From assembly GCA_044373665.1 (NCBI GenBank), contig JBIPNH010000002.1, positions 3,421 through 67,420 on the forward strand: a stretch of 64,000 bases of DNA, read 5' to 3'. Shown piece after piece: positions 47,099-55,531 of the stretch (positions are counted from its first letter, which is position 1; each line of letters starts with the position of its first letter). The notes below the pieces were generated by a model. It did no database searches. It was not told the origin of the DNA and saw only the letters and a program-made list of their open reading frames with translations. The stretch is from Bacteroidia bacterium. Its GTDB lineage: Bacteria > Bacteroidota > Bacteroidia > NS11-12g > UBA955. Made by a program: the position numbers and the translations under genes.

Positions 47099-49285
47099 AT
47101 GTTTAAAAAACTACTTTTAGTATCTGTTGTTTTTGCTTGTGCTCAAGTATTGTTTTCTCAAGCTCAATTTTCTCCTGCTACCAAGCGTTTTTTGTTTGAA
47201 TTAAATCAATCTAAACCAGCTAAACGCAACAATAATATGGTTCCTAATGTTCAGCTTATCAATGAATATGCTTTGTATTATAAAAATCAATCTTATTATA
47301 TTGGAGCCCTTTTGTTGGTTGAATCTTCTAAGTTTAATTCTAATGAATTGAGTGCAAAAGGAATTACTAATTTTAACCAAAAAGGCAATATTTATTCTGT
47401 TAGAGTGCCTGTTCAATTTTTGGAGTCTTTGGCCCAATTAAACGGTGTTTTATTAGTTGATATTGGTGACCCATTGTTCCCTGATTTGGAAAATGCGATA
47501 AAAACCACAAGGGTTGACAGTGTTCACAGGGGTTTAGGAGCATTGCCTCGTGCTTACACAGGAAAAGGAGTTGTGGTTGCCGTTATCGATTGGGGGTTCG
47601 ACTATACACATCCAATGTTTTATGACAGCACTCTTTCTCGTTATAGAGTGGTAAGGGCTTGGGATCAAAATAAATTATCGGGTCCTCCTCCAAGTGGTTT
47701 TGATTTTGGAACGGCTTATGAAACTCAGGCTGATTTATTGGCCGCTCAGCAAGATACTTTGTATGTTTTTGGTCCCGGTTCGCATGGAACTCACGTCGCA
47801 GGAATAGCCGCTGGGGGAGGTGCAGGGGTAAATCTTATAGGGATGGCTCCCGAAAGTGACTTAATTTTCATTTCATTGAGAAGAGATGCTCCCTCATTAA
47901 TTGATGCCTATCATTACATAGAACAGTATTCGCGAAAAGTAAATAAACCATTCGTGGTAAACATGAGTTTCGGGAATCATTTGGGACCTCACGATGGCAC
48001 AACTCTTGAAAATATTGGTATTGATGCCTTTGCAGGAAAAGGAAAAATTTTGGTAGGTTCTGCTGGAAATAATGGCGATGCTAATTTTCATATTCAACAA
48101 GCCTTTAAATCAAACACAGATACTCTTAGAACGGTTGTTAATTTTACAACTTTGCCCGACTATTTTGGTCAAACATTATCAATGTGGGGGTCCAAAAATT
48201 CTTCGTTTTCCGTTCGCTTTAGTTTGCTTAATAATCAAAGAAGAAGCTTTCTAAACTCTTTGTGGTTTTCAACTTTGAAAGACACTGTTTTTAATCAAAT
48301 AATAGGGAATAGTAATGGCGATTCTATTGAAATGCGATTTACAATTACCAATTCCTTTGTTACCAACCAAAAACCTAACATTCGGGTTGATATTAGAAAG
48401 AAAGGAAATTTAAAACTTTTGCTTGAAGCAGTAAGTAATACAAATTGCGATTTGCATGTATGGAATAACGTTAGACTTTTTAATCGTTACACCAATTGGG
48501 GAGTGCCTTTTACAGCAGATTTTGTTGGCACTAAACCTGGCAATACAGCTTATGGTGTGGGAGAACCAGCAGGTGTAGGTAAAAATGTTTTAACAGTTGC
48601 TTCATACCGTTCCGAAGTTTCTTTACCTAACGGTCTGACTTTTTATGGTCAAATTTCTAATTTTTCAAGCCATGGTCCTACCGTGGATGAAAGAAGAAAA
48701 CCTGATATTGCTGGTCCCGGGCAATTGGTCATTTCATCTGTTAATTCTTTCGACCCGAATCCCGGAACAATAGCAGAAACAACCCAATTTAATGGTAAAA
48801 GTTATCAATTTGTGGCTTTTTCAGGAACATCAATGTCGGGTCCTGCTGTGGCAGGCATAGTTGCACTAATGCTCGAACTGAATCCAAACTTAAACCATAC
48901 TCAAATAAAAGAAATTATTCAAGAAACAGCAAGATTGGACAAACATACGGGTCAAATTGCAGATACAGGATCATTGATATGGGGTAGGGGTAAAATTAAT
49001 GCTTATGCTGCTATGCTCGAAGTAAAGAATAAACATATTGATTTAAATACAAGAAATGTGTTTCCAAATCCCTCAGCACAATATGTGTCATTCTCAACAA
49101 ATGAAGCAACAGAATTAGTTGTAGTTAATGCTAGCGGAAAACAAGTGATTTCTAATCAATATTCCCAAATTCCCGCAATGCAAACATTGAATTTAAAAGC
49201 ATTACCCGATGGAATTTATTTCTTCAAATTTATAACCAAGTCGGGAGTGTCTGTTGTGAAATGGGTAAAATCAAGTAGTTTTTAA
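47099..49285 (+). CDS. S8 subtilisin-family serine peptidase, T9SS cargo (paralogue of 23022-25190)
   Basis: VAVIDWGFD (Asp), GSHGTHVAGIAAG (His) and SGTSMSGPAVAG (Ser). C-terminal GIYFFKFITKSGVSVVKWVK is a T9SS CTD. The signal peptide starts from the ATG at 47099. Confidence 0.9.
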   Translation: MFKKLLLVSVVFACAQVLFSQAQFSPATKRFLFELNQSKPAKRNNNMVPNVQLINEYALYYKNQSYYIGALLLVESSKFNSNELSAKGITNFNQKGNIYSVRVPVQFLESLAQLNGVLLVDIGDPLFPDLENAIKTTRVDSVHRGLGALPRAYTGKGVVVAVIDWGFDYTHPMFYDSTLSRYRVVRAWDQNKLSGPPPSGFDFGTAYETQADLLAAQQDTLYVFGPGSHGTHVAGIAAGGGAGVNLIGMAPESDLIFISLRRDAPSLIDAYHYIEQYSRKVNKPFVVNMSFGNHLGPHDGTTLENIGIDAFAGKGKILVGSAGNNGDANFHIQQAFKSNTDTLRTVVNFTTLPDYFGQTLSMWGSKNSSFSVRFSLLNNQRRSFLNSLWFSTLKDTVFNQIIGNSNGDSIEMRFTITNSFVTNQKPNIRVDIRKKGNLKLLLEAVSNTNCDLHVWNNVRLFNRYTNWGVPFTADFVGTKPGNTAYGVGEPAGVGKNVLTVASYRSEVSLPNGLTFYGQISNFSSHGPTVDERRKPDIAGPGQLVISSVNSFDPNPGTIAETTQFNGKSYQFVAFSGTSMSGPAVAGIVALMLELNPNLNHTQIKEIIQETARLDKHTGQIADTGSLIWGRGKINAYAAMLEVKNKHIDLNTRNVFPNPSAQYVSFSTNEATELVVVNASGKQVISNQYSQIPAMQTLNLKALPDGIYFFKFITKSGVSVVKWVKSSSF

Positions 49286-49297
49286 TAGTCATTAAGG

Positions 49298-49323
49298 CTA
49301 CCTAGCAATATTTTTTTATCATT
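49298..49323. repeat. 26-bp perfect direct repeat, copy 1 (CTACCTAGCAATATTTTTTTATCATT); extended similarity from 49282
   Basis: Identical to 50315-50340. The flanking 49282-49295 matches 50298-50311 at 12/14. Confidence 0.9.
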
Positions 49324-49552
49324 GTTTCATCAGCTTTTCATACTCATTTTCTTCTAAATATTCCAATAGTTCACTAGGTTGACACTCTAAAGCTTTGCAT
49401 ATTAATTCTAAAGTGGAAAAACGAACGGCTTTTGCTTTATTGGTTTTTAAGATACTCAAGTTGCTCAATGTGATGCCTGTTAGTTCACTTAATTGGGAAA
49501 GGCTCATTTTTCGTTTGGCCAGGATAACATCTAAATTTACGATAATTGGCAT
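49319..49552 (-). CDS. XRE-family (YozG/COG3655-like) helix-turn-helix transcriptional regulator
   Basis: 77 aa. KMSLSQLSELTGITLSNLSILKTNKAKAVRFSTLELICKALECQPSELLEY is a canonical Cro/C1 HTH of the small YozG type. Confidence 0.85.
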   Translation of the reverse strand: MPIIVNLDVILAKRKMSLSQLSELTGITLSNLSILKTNKAKAVRFSTLELICKALECQPSELLEYLEENEYEKLMKQ

Positions 49553-49554
49553 GG

Positions 49555-50247
49555 TTAAATAGTTAATTCTTGGTCTGTTTCAATTTGATTCGCTTTTTTG
49601 TATGCCCAAGCAATGACTTTTAATAAATTTGCCAATAGTAACAACAAAACAAAACCCGTAAAAAAGTCATAACTGTAAGAGGTTAATTGAATGTATTTGT
49701 CAAGCATTTTTCCTACGATAGTTGAAATGACACTTAAACCAAAGAATTTAAAAATGGCAATTCCTCCAATAATTCGAGCTGAAAGAAAGAGTCTTTTGCT
49801 GTTTTTTTTGTAAAATGTTAAGGAATTGTCTTGTGTCATTGTAAACATATATAAATGAAAGAACAAAGCGATCCATGCAATGGTAATTATGGTATAATAG
49901 CCTGTAAAAAAAAGGAGGGAATATTTTGCTTTTGAGTTGTTTTGAAGGTTAAATTTATGACCATAAAGTTGTTGTTCATCATTATATAAGTTATTAATAA
50001 AGATTATCTCTTGCTTTATTTCATCTCCTTTGATAGAGTCAGAAGTATAGATATGGTCTATATAAACTCTGTCGATAATCTCGGTTCTATCCTTGTATCT
50101 ATCGTCTATGCTTGATTCGTGTTTGAAAAATGGCATTAAAGTTCTATAAATCATAACACCGCCATATATTGCAAAACACAATGCCGCACATAGGATGGTC
50201 ATTAATAGTGTATTTGAATTTTCAATAATTGATTGAGGCTTTTTCAT
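49555..50247 (-). CDS. DUF2975-like four-TM membrane protein
   Basis: The ATG is at 50247 (the ORF is open from a TTG at 50280). It has about 4 TM helices and sits immediately upstream of a small XRE HTH gene. That is the recurrent DUF2975 + YozG gene pair. Confidence 0.55.
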   Translation of the reverse strand: MKKPQSIIENSNTLLMTILCAALCFAIYGGVMIYRTLMPFFKHESSIDDRYKDRTEIIDRVYIDHIYTSDSIKGDEIKQEIIFINNLYNDEQQLYGHKFNLQNNSKAKYSLLFFTGYYTIITIAWIALFFHLYMFTMTQDNSLTFYKKNSKRLFLSARIIGGIAIFKFFGLSVISTIVGKMLDKYIQLTSYSYDFFTGFVLLLLLANLLKVIAWAYKKANQIETDQELTI

Positions 50248-50251
50248 TACA

Positions 50252-50259
50252 CAAAGATA
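50252..50259 (-). promoter_or_regulatory. -7 promoter box TATCTTTG of the DUF2975-HTH cassette
   Basis: Perfect TAnnTTTG on the minus strand, 4 nt upstream of the ATG at 50247. Confidence 0.45.
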
Positions 50260-50260
50260 A

Positions 50261-50289
50261 ATATATTTATTGATAATCAATAAATATAT
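50261..50289. promoter_or_regulatory. 29-bp perfect palindrome (14-1-14) ATATATTTATTGAT-A-ATCAATAAATATAT; candidate operator
   Basis: I verified every one of the 14 arm positions as complementary. It lies directly upstream of the -7 box at 50252-50259. Confidence 0.6.
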
Positions 50290-50307
50290 ATTGTTTGTTA
50301 ATATTTA

Positions 50308-51099
50308 TTAAAGACTACCTAGCAATATTTTTTTATCATTTTCTCTTTCAAATGCAAGTTTTTTCTGTGCCAAAATTGATTCCATTTTAGCTGTGTTGCT
50401 ATAGTTTTCGGGGTGGTATAAATGGTATTGTATGGCGTGATTTTTTATTTGCAAAGTATAAATGCCACATTGTTCTAAGCGCCAATTAATATCCGTGTCT
50501 TCTCCTATCCCAGGTTCGTTATATTGTTCATCAAAACCACCCACTAATTCTATATCTGTTTTGTGAATACTCCAGTTACAACCCCAAAAACCACTTTTGT
50601 TTTTAGGTTTTAAAAAGGGCAAGTACAAAGCAGCATCTAGTCGTTTGCATTGATAAATAAGACAATTAATTAGTCCCAAACATTTAAGCGAGTTCTCTGA
50701 TATTAGTTTGTCTGACAATGATTGGGAAAGCATCACCCTTCTTCCAAAAAGCACTTGTTTGGATTTCTTTAATTTTAAGTGTGATTTTATAAAATGGGGG
50801 TGAAGGATACAGTCTCCATCAATGAAAATTAAATAAGGTGATGAGGCAATTCGAATAGCTGAATTTAAAATTTTGCATTTTCTGAATTTCAAGTCCTCTT
50901 GCTGAATATGCTGAAGGGTAATATTATTGTTAGGCTTAAAACTCTGAATAGCTTCTTTCATTTCAACACCGTTGTTATCCTCGGCAATAATAACTTCTAT
51001 AGAACCATTAAAAGATTGTGAATTAATACTTTTAAGAATTAACAATAATGCTTTGGTGTTTTTATACACCGATATAATCAAACTAACAGAAGGTGTCAT
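50308..51099 (-). CDS. GT2-family glycosyltransferase
   Basis: 263 aa with the motifs SLIISVYKN, IIAEDNNG and the DXD-like FIDGDC. Its last 9 codons lie in direct-repeat copy 2. Confidence 0.8.
   Translation of the reverse strand: MTPSVSLIISVYKNTKALLLILKSINSQSFNGSIEVIIAEDNNGVEMKEAIQSFKPNNNITLQHIQQEDLKFRKCKILNSAIRIASSPYLIFIDGDCILHPHFIKSHLKLKKSKQVLFGRRVMLSQSLSDKLISENSLKCLGLINCLIYQCKRLDAALYLPFLKPKNKSGFWGCNWSIHKTDIELVGGFDEQYNEPGIGEDTDINWRLEQCGIYTLQIKNHAIQYHLYHPENYSNTAKMESILAQKKLAFERENDKKILLGSL
50315..50340. repeat. 26-bp perfect direct repeat, copy 2; extended similarity from 50298
   Basis: Identical to 49298-49323. It encodes the C-terminus (DKKILLGS) of the GT2 protein. Confidence 0.9.
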
Positions 51100-51245
51100 A
51101 GATTCAATAGCAATATTAATTTAATCTATTAAACTTTCAAATTCTTTTTGAAACGGATGAGTTTTTAGTAACTTTGATAATACATTTTTTCTTTTGTTGA
51201 TTTAGGCTATGCTGATATAAGAAATTGTTATAAAAAAATTTAAAA

Positions 51246-53222
51246 TTAAAAATCCAACAACTCCTTCAAACTTCTCTCCAACTGCTCCCTGCCCAAAAAC
51301 TTGTCTTCTAAATCTTTAGCTAAAGGTACCGGCGTATCTAAGCTGCCTATGCGTTTTACGGGTGCATCTAAGGCAGTAAAACAATGTTCGCTTATCCAAG
51401 CGGCTATTTCTGCGCCTATGCCGCCTGTGAGAGTGTCTTCATGCAATACCATGACTTTGCCTGTTTTCTCAACTGCTGTTTTAACCGCTTCTTTATCCCA
51501 TGGCAACAAGGTGCGTAAATCTACTATTTCTGCTTGAATATTTAAGTTTTTACATGCCTCCAATGCCCATTGAACACCCCAACCGTAAGTAATAATGGTT
51601 AACTCTTCGCCTTGAGCAACGGTTTTAGCTTTGCCAATTTCTATGGTGTAATAATCGTTAGGCACTTCACCTTCTATGCTTCTGTACAAGTTTTTATGTT
51701 CAAAAAACAACACTGGATTAGGGTCGTTAATGGCAGCACACAACAAACCTTTAGCATCATAAGGATTGCTAGGATATATAATTTTTAGTCCCGGCACATG
51801 GAAAAACCAAGCCTCAGTACTCTGACTGTGAAACGGCCCTGCACCAACACCTGCACCTGTCGGCATTCTTACCACCACATCGGCTGCTTGTGCCCAACGG
51901 TAGTGACTTTTGGCTAAATTGTTCACTATTTGATTGAACCCACAAGTGACAAAATCGGCAAACTGCATTTCTACAATCGCCTTGTATTTTTTAATCGCCA
52001 AACCATAACCCGCCCCTAAAATAGAGGATTCTGTAATGGGGGTATTGCGAACTCTTGCTTTGCCAAACAATTTATAAAATTGGTCTGAAATTTTAAAAAC
52101 ACCACCATATTCAGCCACGTCCTGCCCCATCAACACTGTGTTGGAGTGGCGTTCCATACTTTGTTTCAAGCCATCACTTATAGCATCAACAAGGCGTCTA
52201 GTGCTAGTGTTGTTGGTAGCTGGCGCAATAATTTCTTGTGTATAGGGCGCATACACATCGTTCAATTCTTCTTCAATATCGGCAACAATTTCTGGTTCGG
52301 CAAACACTGCTGCCAAATCATCGTCCATGCCATGTTTTAGTTCATCATAAATTTGAGTTTTAAGGGTTTCGTTCAAAATGCCTTCTGACATCAAATAGGT
52401 TTCATAATTACTAATTGGGTCTTTTTTACCCCATTCATCAAACAATTCTTGAGGAACATATTTAGTACCACTCGCTTCCTCGTGACCGCGCATTCTAAAA
52501 GTCATGCACTCTAACAAAATGGGACGAGGGGAATTTCTCATACTTTCAGATAACTCAGTCGCTTTGTTGTAAACCTCCAAAATATTATTGCCGTCGACTT
52601 GATAAGCCTCCATGCCATAACCAATGCCTTTGTCAATAAACTGCTTGCATCTGAACTGTTCATTACTAGGAGTACTCAATCCGTAACCATTGTTTTCTAT
52701 TAAAAAGATAACTGGCAATTGCCAAACCGCAGCCACATTCATGGCTTCGTGAAAATCGCCTTCGCTTGTGCCACCATCACCACTGAAAACTACACTTATT
52801 TTTTTGTCGTTGTTGAGCAAATGTGCCAAAGAGATACCATTGGCAACCCCCAACATAGCGCCCAAATGTGAAATCATACCGACAATGTGATAGTCGTTGG
52901 TCCCAAAATGGAAACTTCTGTCTCTGCCTTTGGTAAAACCACTTTTTTTACCCTGCCATTGCGCAAACAATTGTCTGAATGGCACTTTTCGGGTGGTAAA
53001 AACGCCTAAATTTCTATGCAGCGGCAATACATATTCATCGTTATGCAGCGCCATAGTAACACCCACAGAAATAGCCTCTTGACCTATGCCACTGAACCAT
53101 TTCCCGATTTTACCCTGACGCAATAAAATCAACATCTTTTCTTCGATAATTCTTGGATAAAGAATGTTTTTATAAAGCTCTAATAATGTTTCGTTACTTA
53201 ATTGTTTTCTGTTGTAATGCAC
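51246..53222 (-). CDS. 2-oxoacid dehydrogenase E1 component, fused alpha and beta subunits (TPP-dependent)
   Basis: 658 aa. The alpha part carries the TPP motif GDGGTSEGDFHEAMNVAAVWQLPVIFLIENNGYG. The beta part carries the transketolase-like pyrimidine-binding and C-terminal domains. GTG start. Confidence 0.88.
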   Translation of the reverse strand: MHYNRKQLSNETLLELYKNILYPRIIEEKMLILLRQGKIGKWFSGIGQEAISVGVTMALHNDEYVLPLHRNLGVFTTRKVPFRQLFAQWQGKKSGFTKGRDRSFHFGTNDYHIVGMISHLGAMLGVANGISLAHLLNNDKKISVVFSGDGGTSEGDFHEAMNVAAVWQLPVIFLIENNGYGLSTPSNEQFRCKQFIDKGIGYGMEAYQVDGNNILEVYNKATELSESMRNSPRPILLECMTFRMRGHEEASGTKYVPQELFDEWGKKDPISNYETYLMSEGILNETLKTQIYDELKHGMDDDLAAVFAEPEIVADIEEELNDVYAPYTQEIIAPATNNTSTRRLVDAISDGLKQSMERHSNTVLMGQDVAEYGGVFKISDQFYKLFGKARVRNTPITESSILGAGYGLAIKKYKAIVEMQFADFVTCGFNQIVNNLAKSHYRWAQAADVVVRMPTGAGVGAGPFHSQSTEAWFFHVPGLKIIYPSNPYDAKGLLCAAINDPNPVLFFEHKNLYRSIEGEVPNDYYTIEIGKAKTVAQGEELTIITYGWGVQWALEACKNLNIQAEIVDLRTLLPWDKEAVKTAVEKTGKVMVLHEDTLTGGIGAEIAAWISEHCFTALDAPVKRIGSLDTPVPLAKDLEDKFLGREQLERSLKELLDF

Positions 53223-53270
53223 AGCACAAAAGTAAGTAATTTTTAAATTTACAGCCTACAAATTAGCCCA

Positions 53271-55049
53271 TTATTTTCCAGTATATTCAAAAGGATTGTC
53301 TGTCCTCATTCTTACGATTAGTTGTAAAGGTTTTTTGCTTACTAATTGAGGATTTGATAGATATATTTTTAAATCGGGCTTTTGTTGCCATTGTTTGGGG
53401 TTCAATACATCTTTTAATTTGATGCTGTAAGTCTGTTTTTCATTCAAGTTCATTGAACGCCAATCAACTCTTAGCTTATTCACAAAGGTTTCAATCACTA
53501 ATTCATTGTCTATGGTTTCATTGTCTATTTTTTGCCAATCGAGATAGTAATAGTGATTAGAAATAATGGAATGGATGGGAATTGTTGCAGGAATTTGTGA
53601 ATTGCTTGAATCAAAAGTAAATGAAATCGTTTTTTCATACAAAAGTTGTTGGGAGTTGGTTTTTTGTAAGACCACAAATTCATATTGTAAATGGTAGTCT
53701 TTCTGTTTAATATAAGGAAAATATTGACCTATTAAGGACATGTTTTCTGCTTGTAAGTGATTGCAAATAATGTAGTCTTTTTCCCTTAGTTCGTTACTGT
53801 CCAATTGCTTAATTTTTTCAGTGTATTGACAATCAAAATTTTGTTTGCTTAGCTGTAAGTACAAGTTAAAATAGCTTGAGTTCCCTTGCCAATAAATGCC
53901 AATTTTCTTTTCGGGATTTTGTTTTTTAAAGGTATTGCTTGCCTCAATAAAAGCTTGCATGGGTTGAAAATATCTGTTTTGAACAAAATGTGTGCTGTAG
54001 TGCAAATGATAAATTAACAGTATAAAACTAATTACAATTCCTGCCATTTTTAGTTTTTTGTATTTCAATGTTTCAATCCCATTTGCAGCAAGTAAAAGCA
54101 GGAAAGGGGTCGAAAAATATAAAGCAGCCGACTGCATTATTGGAGCTCTTAGAACTGAGTATAAATAGATTATTAGGAGTGGAACCCCCCATAATAGGAA
54201 GGTAATTATTCTGTTATTGAAATTCTTTTTTATTTGCAGAAATGCCAACAGTAGTAAAATTGAAAACAGAAAAGTTATAGTCAAAGACTGATTAAACAAT
54301 TGCCAGTAAAACTGATTGAAAAATTGCCAATTTGGGGTGCTTAACCATTGCAAACCGCCATAACTTAGTTGGGTAAGTGTAATTGGTAAATGAGGTAAAA
54401 ACAACAATAAACTAAGAACTAAAACACCCAATAATTGTATTTTTTGTGTTTTATTGGATTGGAAGGTAAGGTAAGTAAGAAGTATGGTTACACTTTGCAA
54501 AAAACTAAAATAATGGGTATAAAAACTAAGTGTAGTAATAATTGTAATGAAGAATAGCTTGCTCCATTTTTCTGAATTTTGATTGAACAAATGAAGCTGA
54601 TAAACGAGTATTAAGTTGAGCATTAGTCCCAAAGAATACGGTCGAGCAACACTGTGTAGGTATAAGAAATATTCCAAACTTATAAAGAAAATACAAGCAA
54701 GTAAAGCAGTGTGTATGCCGAAAAATTTAACCCCAATTTTGAAAAAACAAAAGGTGCTTATAAGTGAAAAAAGGATAAATGGCAATTTAATCGTAGTAAT
54801 AGAAGCGCCACAAAAATGAATCAAACTCCATAATAAAACTTGAACCAAGGCTGGATGTCCATCAACAACAACACCTTTGTTTATTAATTCATTGAATGAC
54901 TGAAATCGGCAGCGGTAAAGCGCACTTAGCTCATCGTGACTAATCGCAATATTTGAAAAATTATAAAACAATAAACACGCTTGAATAAGCAATAACAAGG
55001 TTAAAGCAATTGATTGTGGCTTTAAAAAATCAAGTTGCCATTGTTTCAT
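53271..55049 (-). CDS. Polytopic membrane protein, GT-C fold glycosyltransferase-like (GT39/ArnT-like)
   Basis: 592 aa with about 11 TM helices. An Asp-Glu pair follows TM1 (ISHDELSALYR), as in ArnT/PMT enzymes. It has a soluble C-terminal ~230 aa. Confidence 0.55.
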   Translation of the reverse strand: MKQWQLDFLKPQSIALTLLLLIQACLLFYNFSNIAISHDELSALYRCRFQSFNELINKGVVVDGHPALVQVLLWSLIHFCGASITTIKLPFILFSLISTFCFFKIGVKFFGIHTALLACIFFISLEYFLYLHSVARPYSLGLMLNLILVYQLHLFNQNSEKWSKLFFITIITTLSFYTHYFSFLQSVTILLTYLTFQSNKTQKIQLLGVLVLSLLLFLPHLPITLTQLSYGGLQWLSTPNWQFFNQFYWQLFNQSLTITFLFSILLLLAFLQIKKNFNNRIITFLLWGVPLLIIYLYSVLRAPIMQSAALYFSTPFLLLLAANGIETLKYKKLKMAGIVISFILLIYHLHYSTHFVQNRYFQPMQAFIEASNTFKKQNPEKKIGIYWQGNSSYFNLYLQLSKQNFDCQYTEKIKQLDSNELREKDYIICNHLQAENMSLIGQYFPYIKQKDYHLQYEFVVLQKTNSQQLLYEKTISFTFDSSNSQIPATIPIHSIISNHYYYLDWQKIDNETIDNELVIETFVNKLRVDWRSMNLNEKQTYSIKLKDVLNPKQWQQKPDLKIYLSNPQLVSKKPLQLIVRMRTDNPFEYTGK

Positions 55050-55087
55050 ACTTGCAAATAAAAAACAAATGCTTTTCCAAACCTAAC

Positions 55088-55095
55088 TATCTTTG
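55088..55095 (+). promoter_or_regulatory. -7 promoter box TATCTTTG
   Basis: Perfect TAnnTTTG, 18 nt upstream of the ATG at 55114. Confidence 0.4.
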
Positions 55096-55113
55096 TATTT
55101 TTGTTGAAAGTAT

Positions 55114-55482
55114 ATGCAAGAAATTATAGATGATTTTAGAAATCCCAATGAAATAAGAAAGAATGATATTTTTTTTAACACGCTTTTATGGATTTTTGTT
55201 ACAGGTTTAGTAATTGGTATAATTTTCAAAATACTACATTGGCCTGGGGCTGACATCATGATTTTTGGAAGTGTTTATATGCTTTCGGGATTTTTAATAG
55301 CTTTGCTTATACGCCGAAAAAACAAATGGCTATTCAAGGGATTTTTATTCGCATTAATTGTATTAGTTCATGTTTTTTTAATCAATCAATGGTATTCGTT
55401 TTCAAGTTTAAAGTTGGCAGAAATGGCGCTCACCTTTTTTATTATTTCATTCCTGCTAGGATTAGCCATTTTAAAGAAATAA
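55114..55482 (+). CDS. Small four-TM membrane protein with FKILHWPGA motif
   Basis: 122 aa with 4 predicted TM helices. The FKIxHWPG motif resembles the N-terminal TM hairpin of GldL-like proteins (from memory). Confidence 0.45.
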   Translation: MQEIIDDFRNPNEIRKNDIFFNTLLWIFVTGLVIGIIFKILHWPGADIMIFGSVYMLSGFLIALLIRRKNKWLFKGFLFALIVLVHVFLINQWYSFSSLKLAEMALTFFIISFLLGLAILKK

Positions 55483-55509
55483 TAGAGGATTTTTAATCCT
55501 ATTTAATCC

Positions 55510-55517
55510 TATCTTTG
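55510..55517 (+). promoter_or_regulatory. -7 promoter box TATCTTTG upstream of mfd
   Basis: Perfect TAnnTTTG, 14 nt upstream of the ATG at 55532. Confidence 0.4.
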
Positions 55518-55531
55518 CACTTCTTTTTTAA

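Noticed and set aside
51141-51165. TTTCAA-N-TTGAAA hairpin as terminator after the E1 gene
   Set aside because: The stem is only 6-7 AT pairs with no convincing U-tract, so it is too weak to call.
51246-53222. E1 alpha/beta fusion as a novel architecture
   Set aside because: As I recall, fused alpha-beta E1 subunits are a common feature of Bacteroidota 2-oxoacid dehydrogenases, so this is not unusual by itself.
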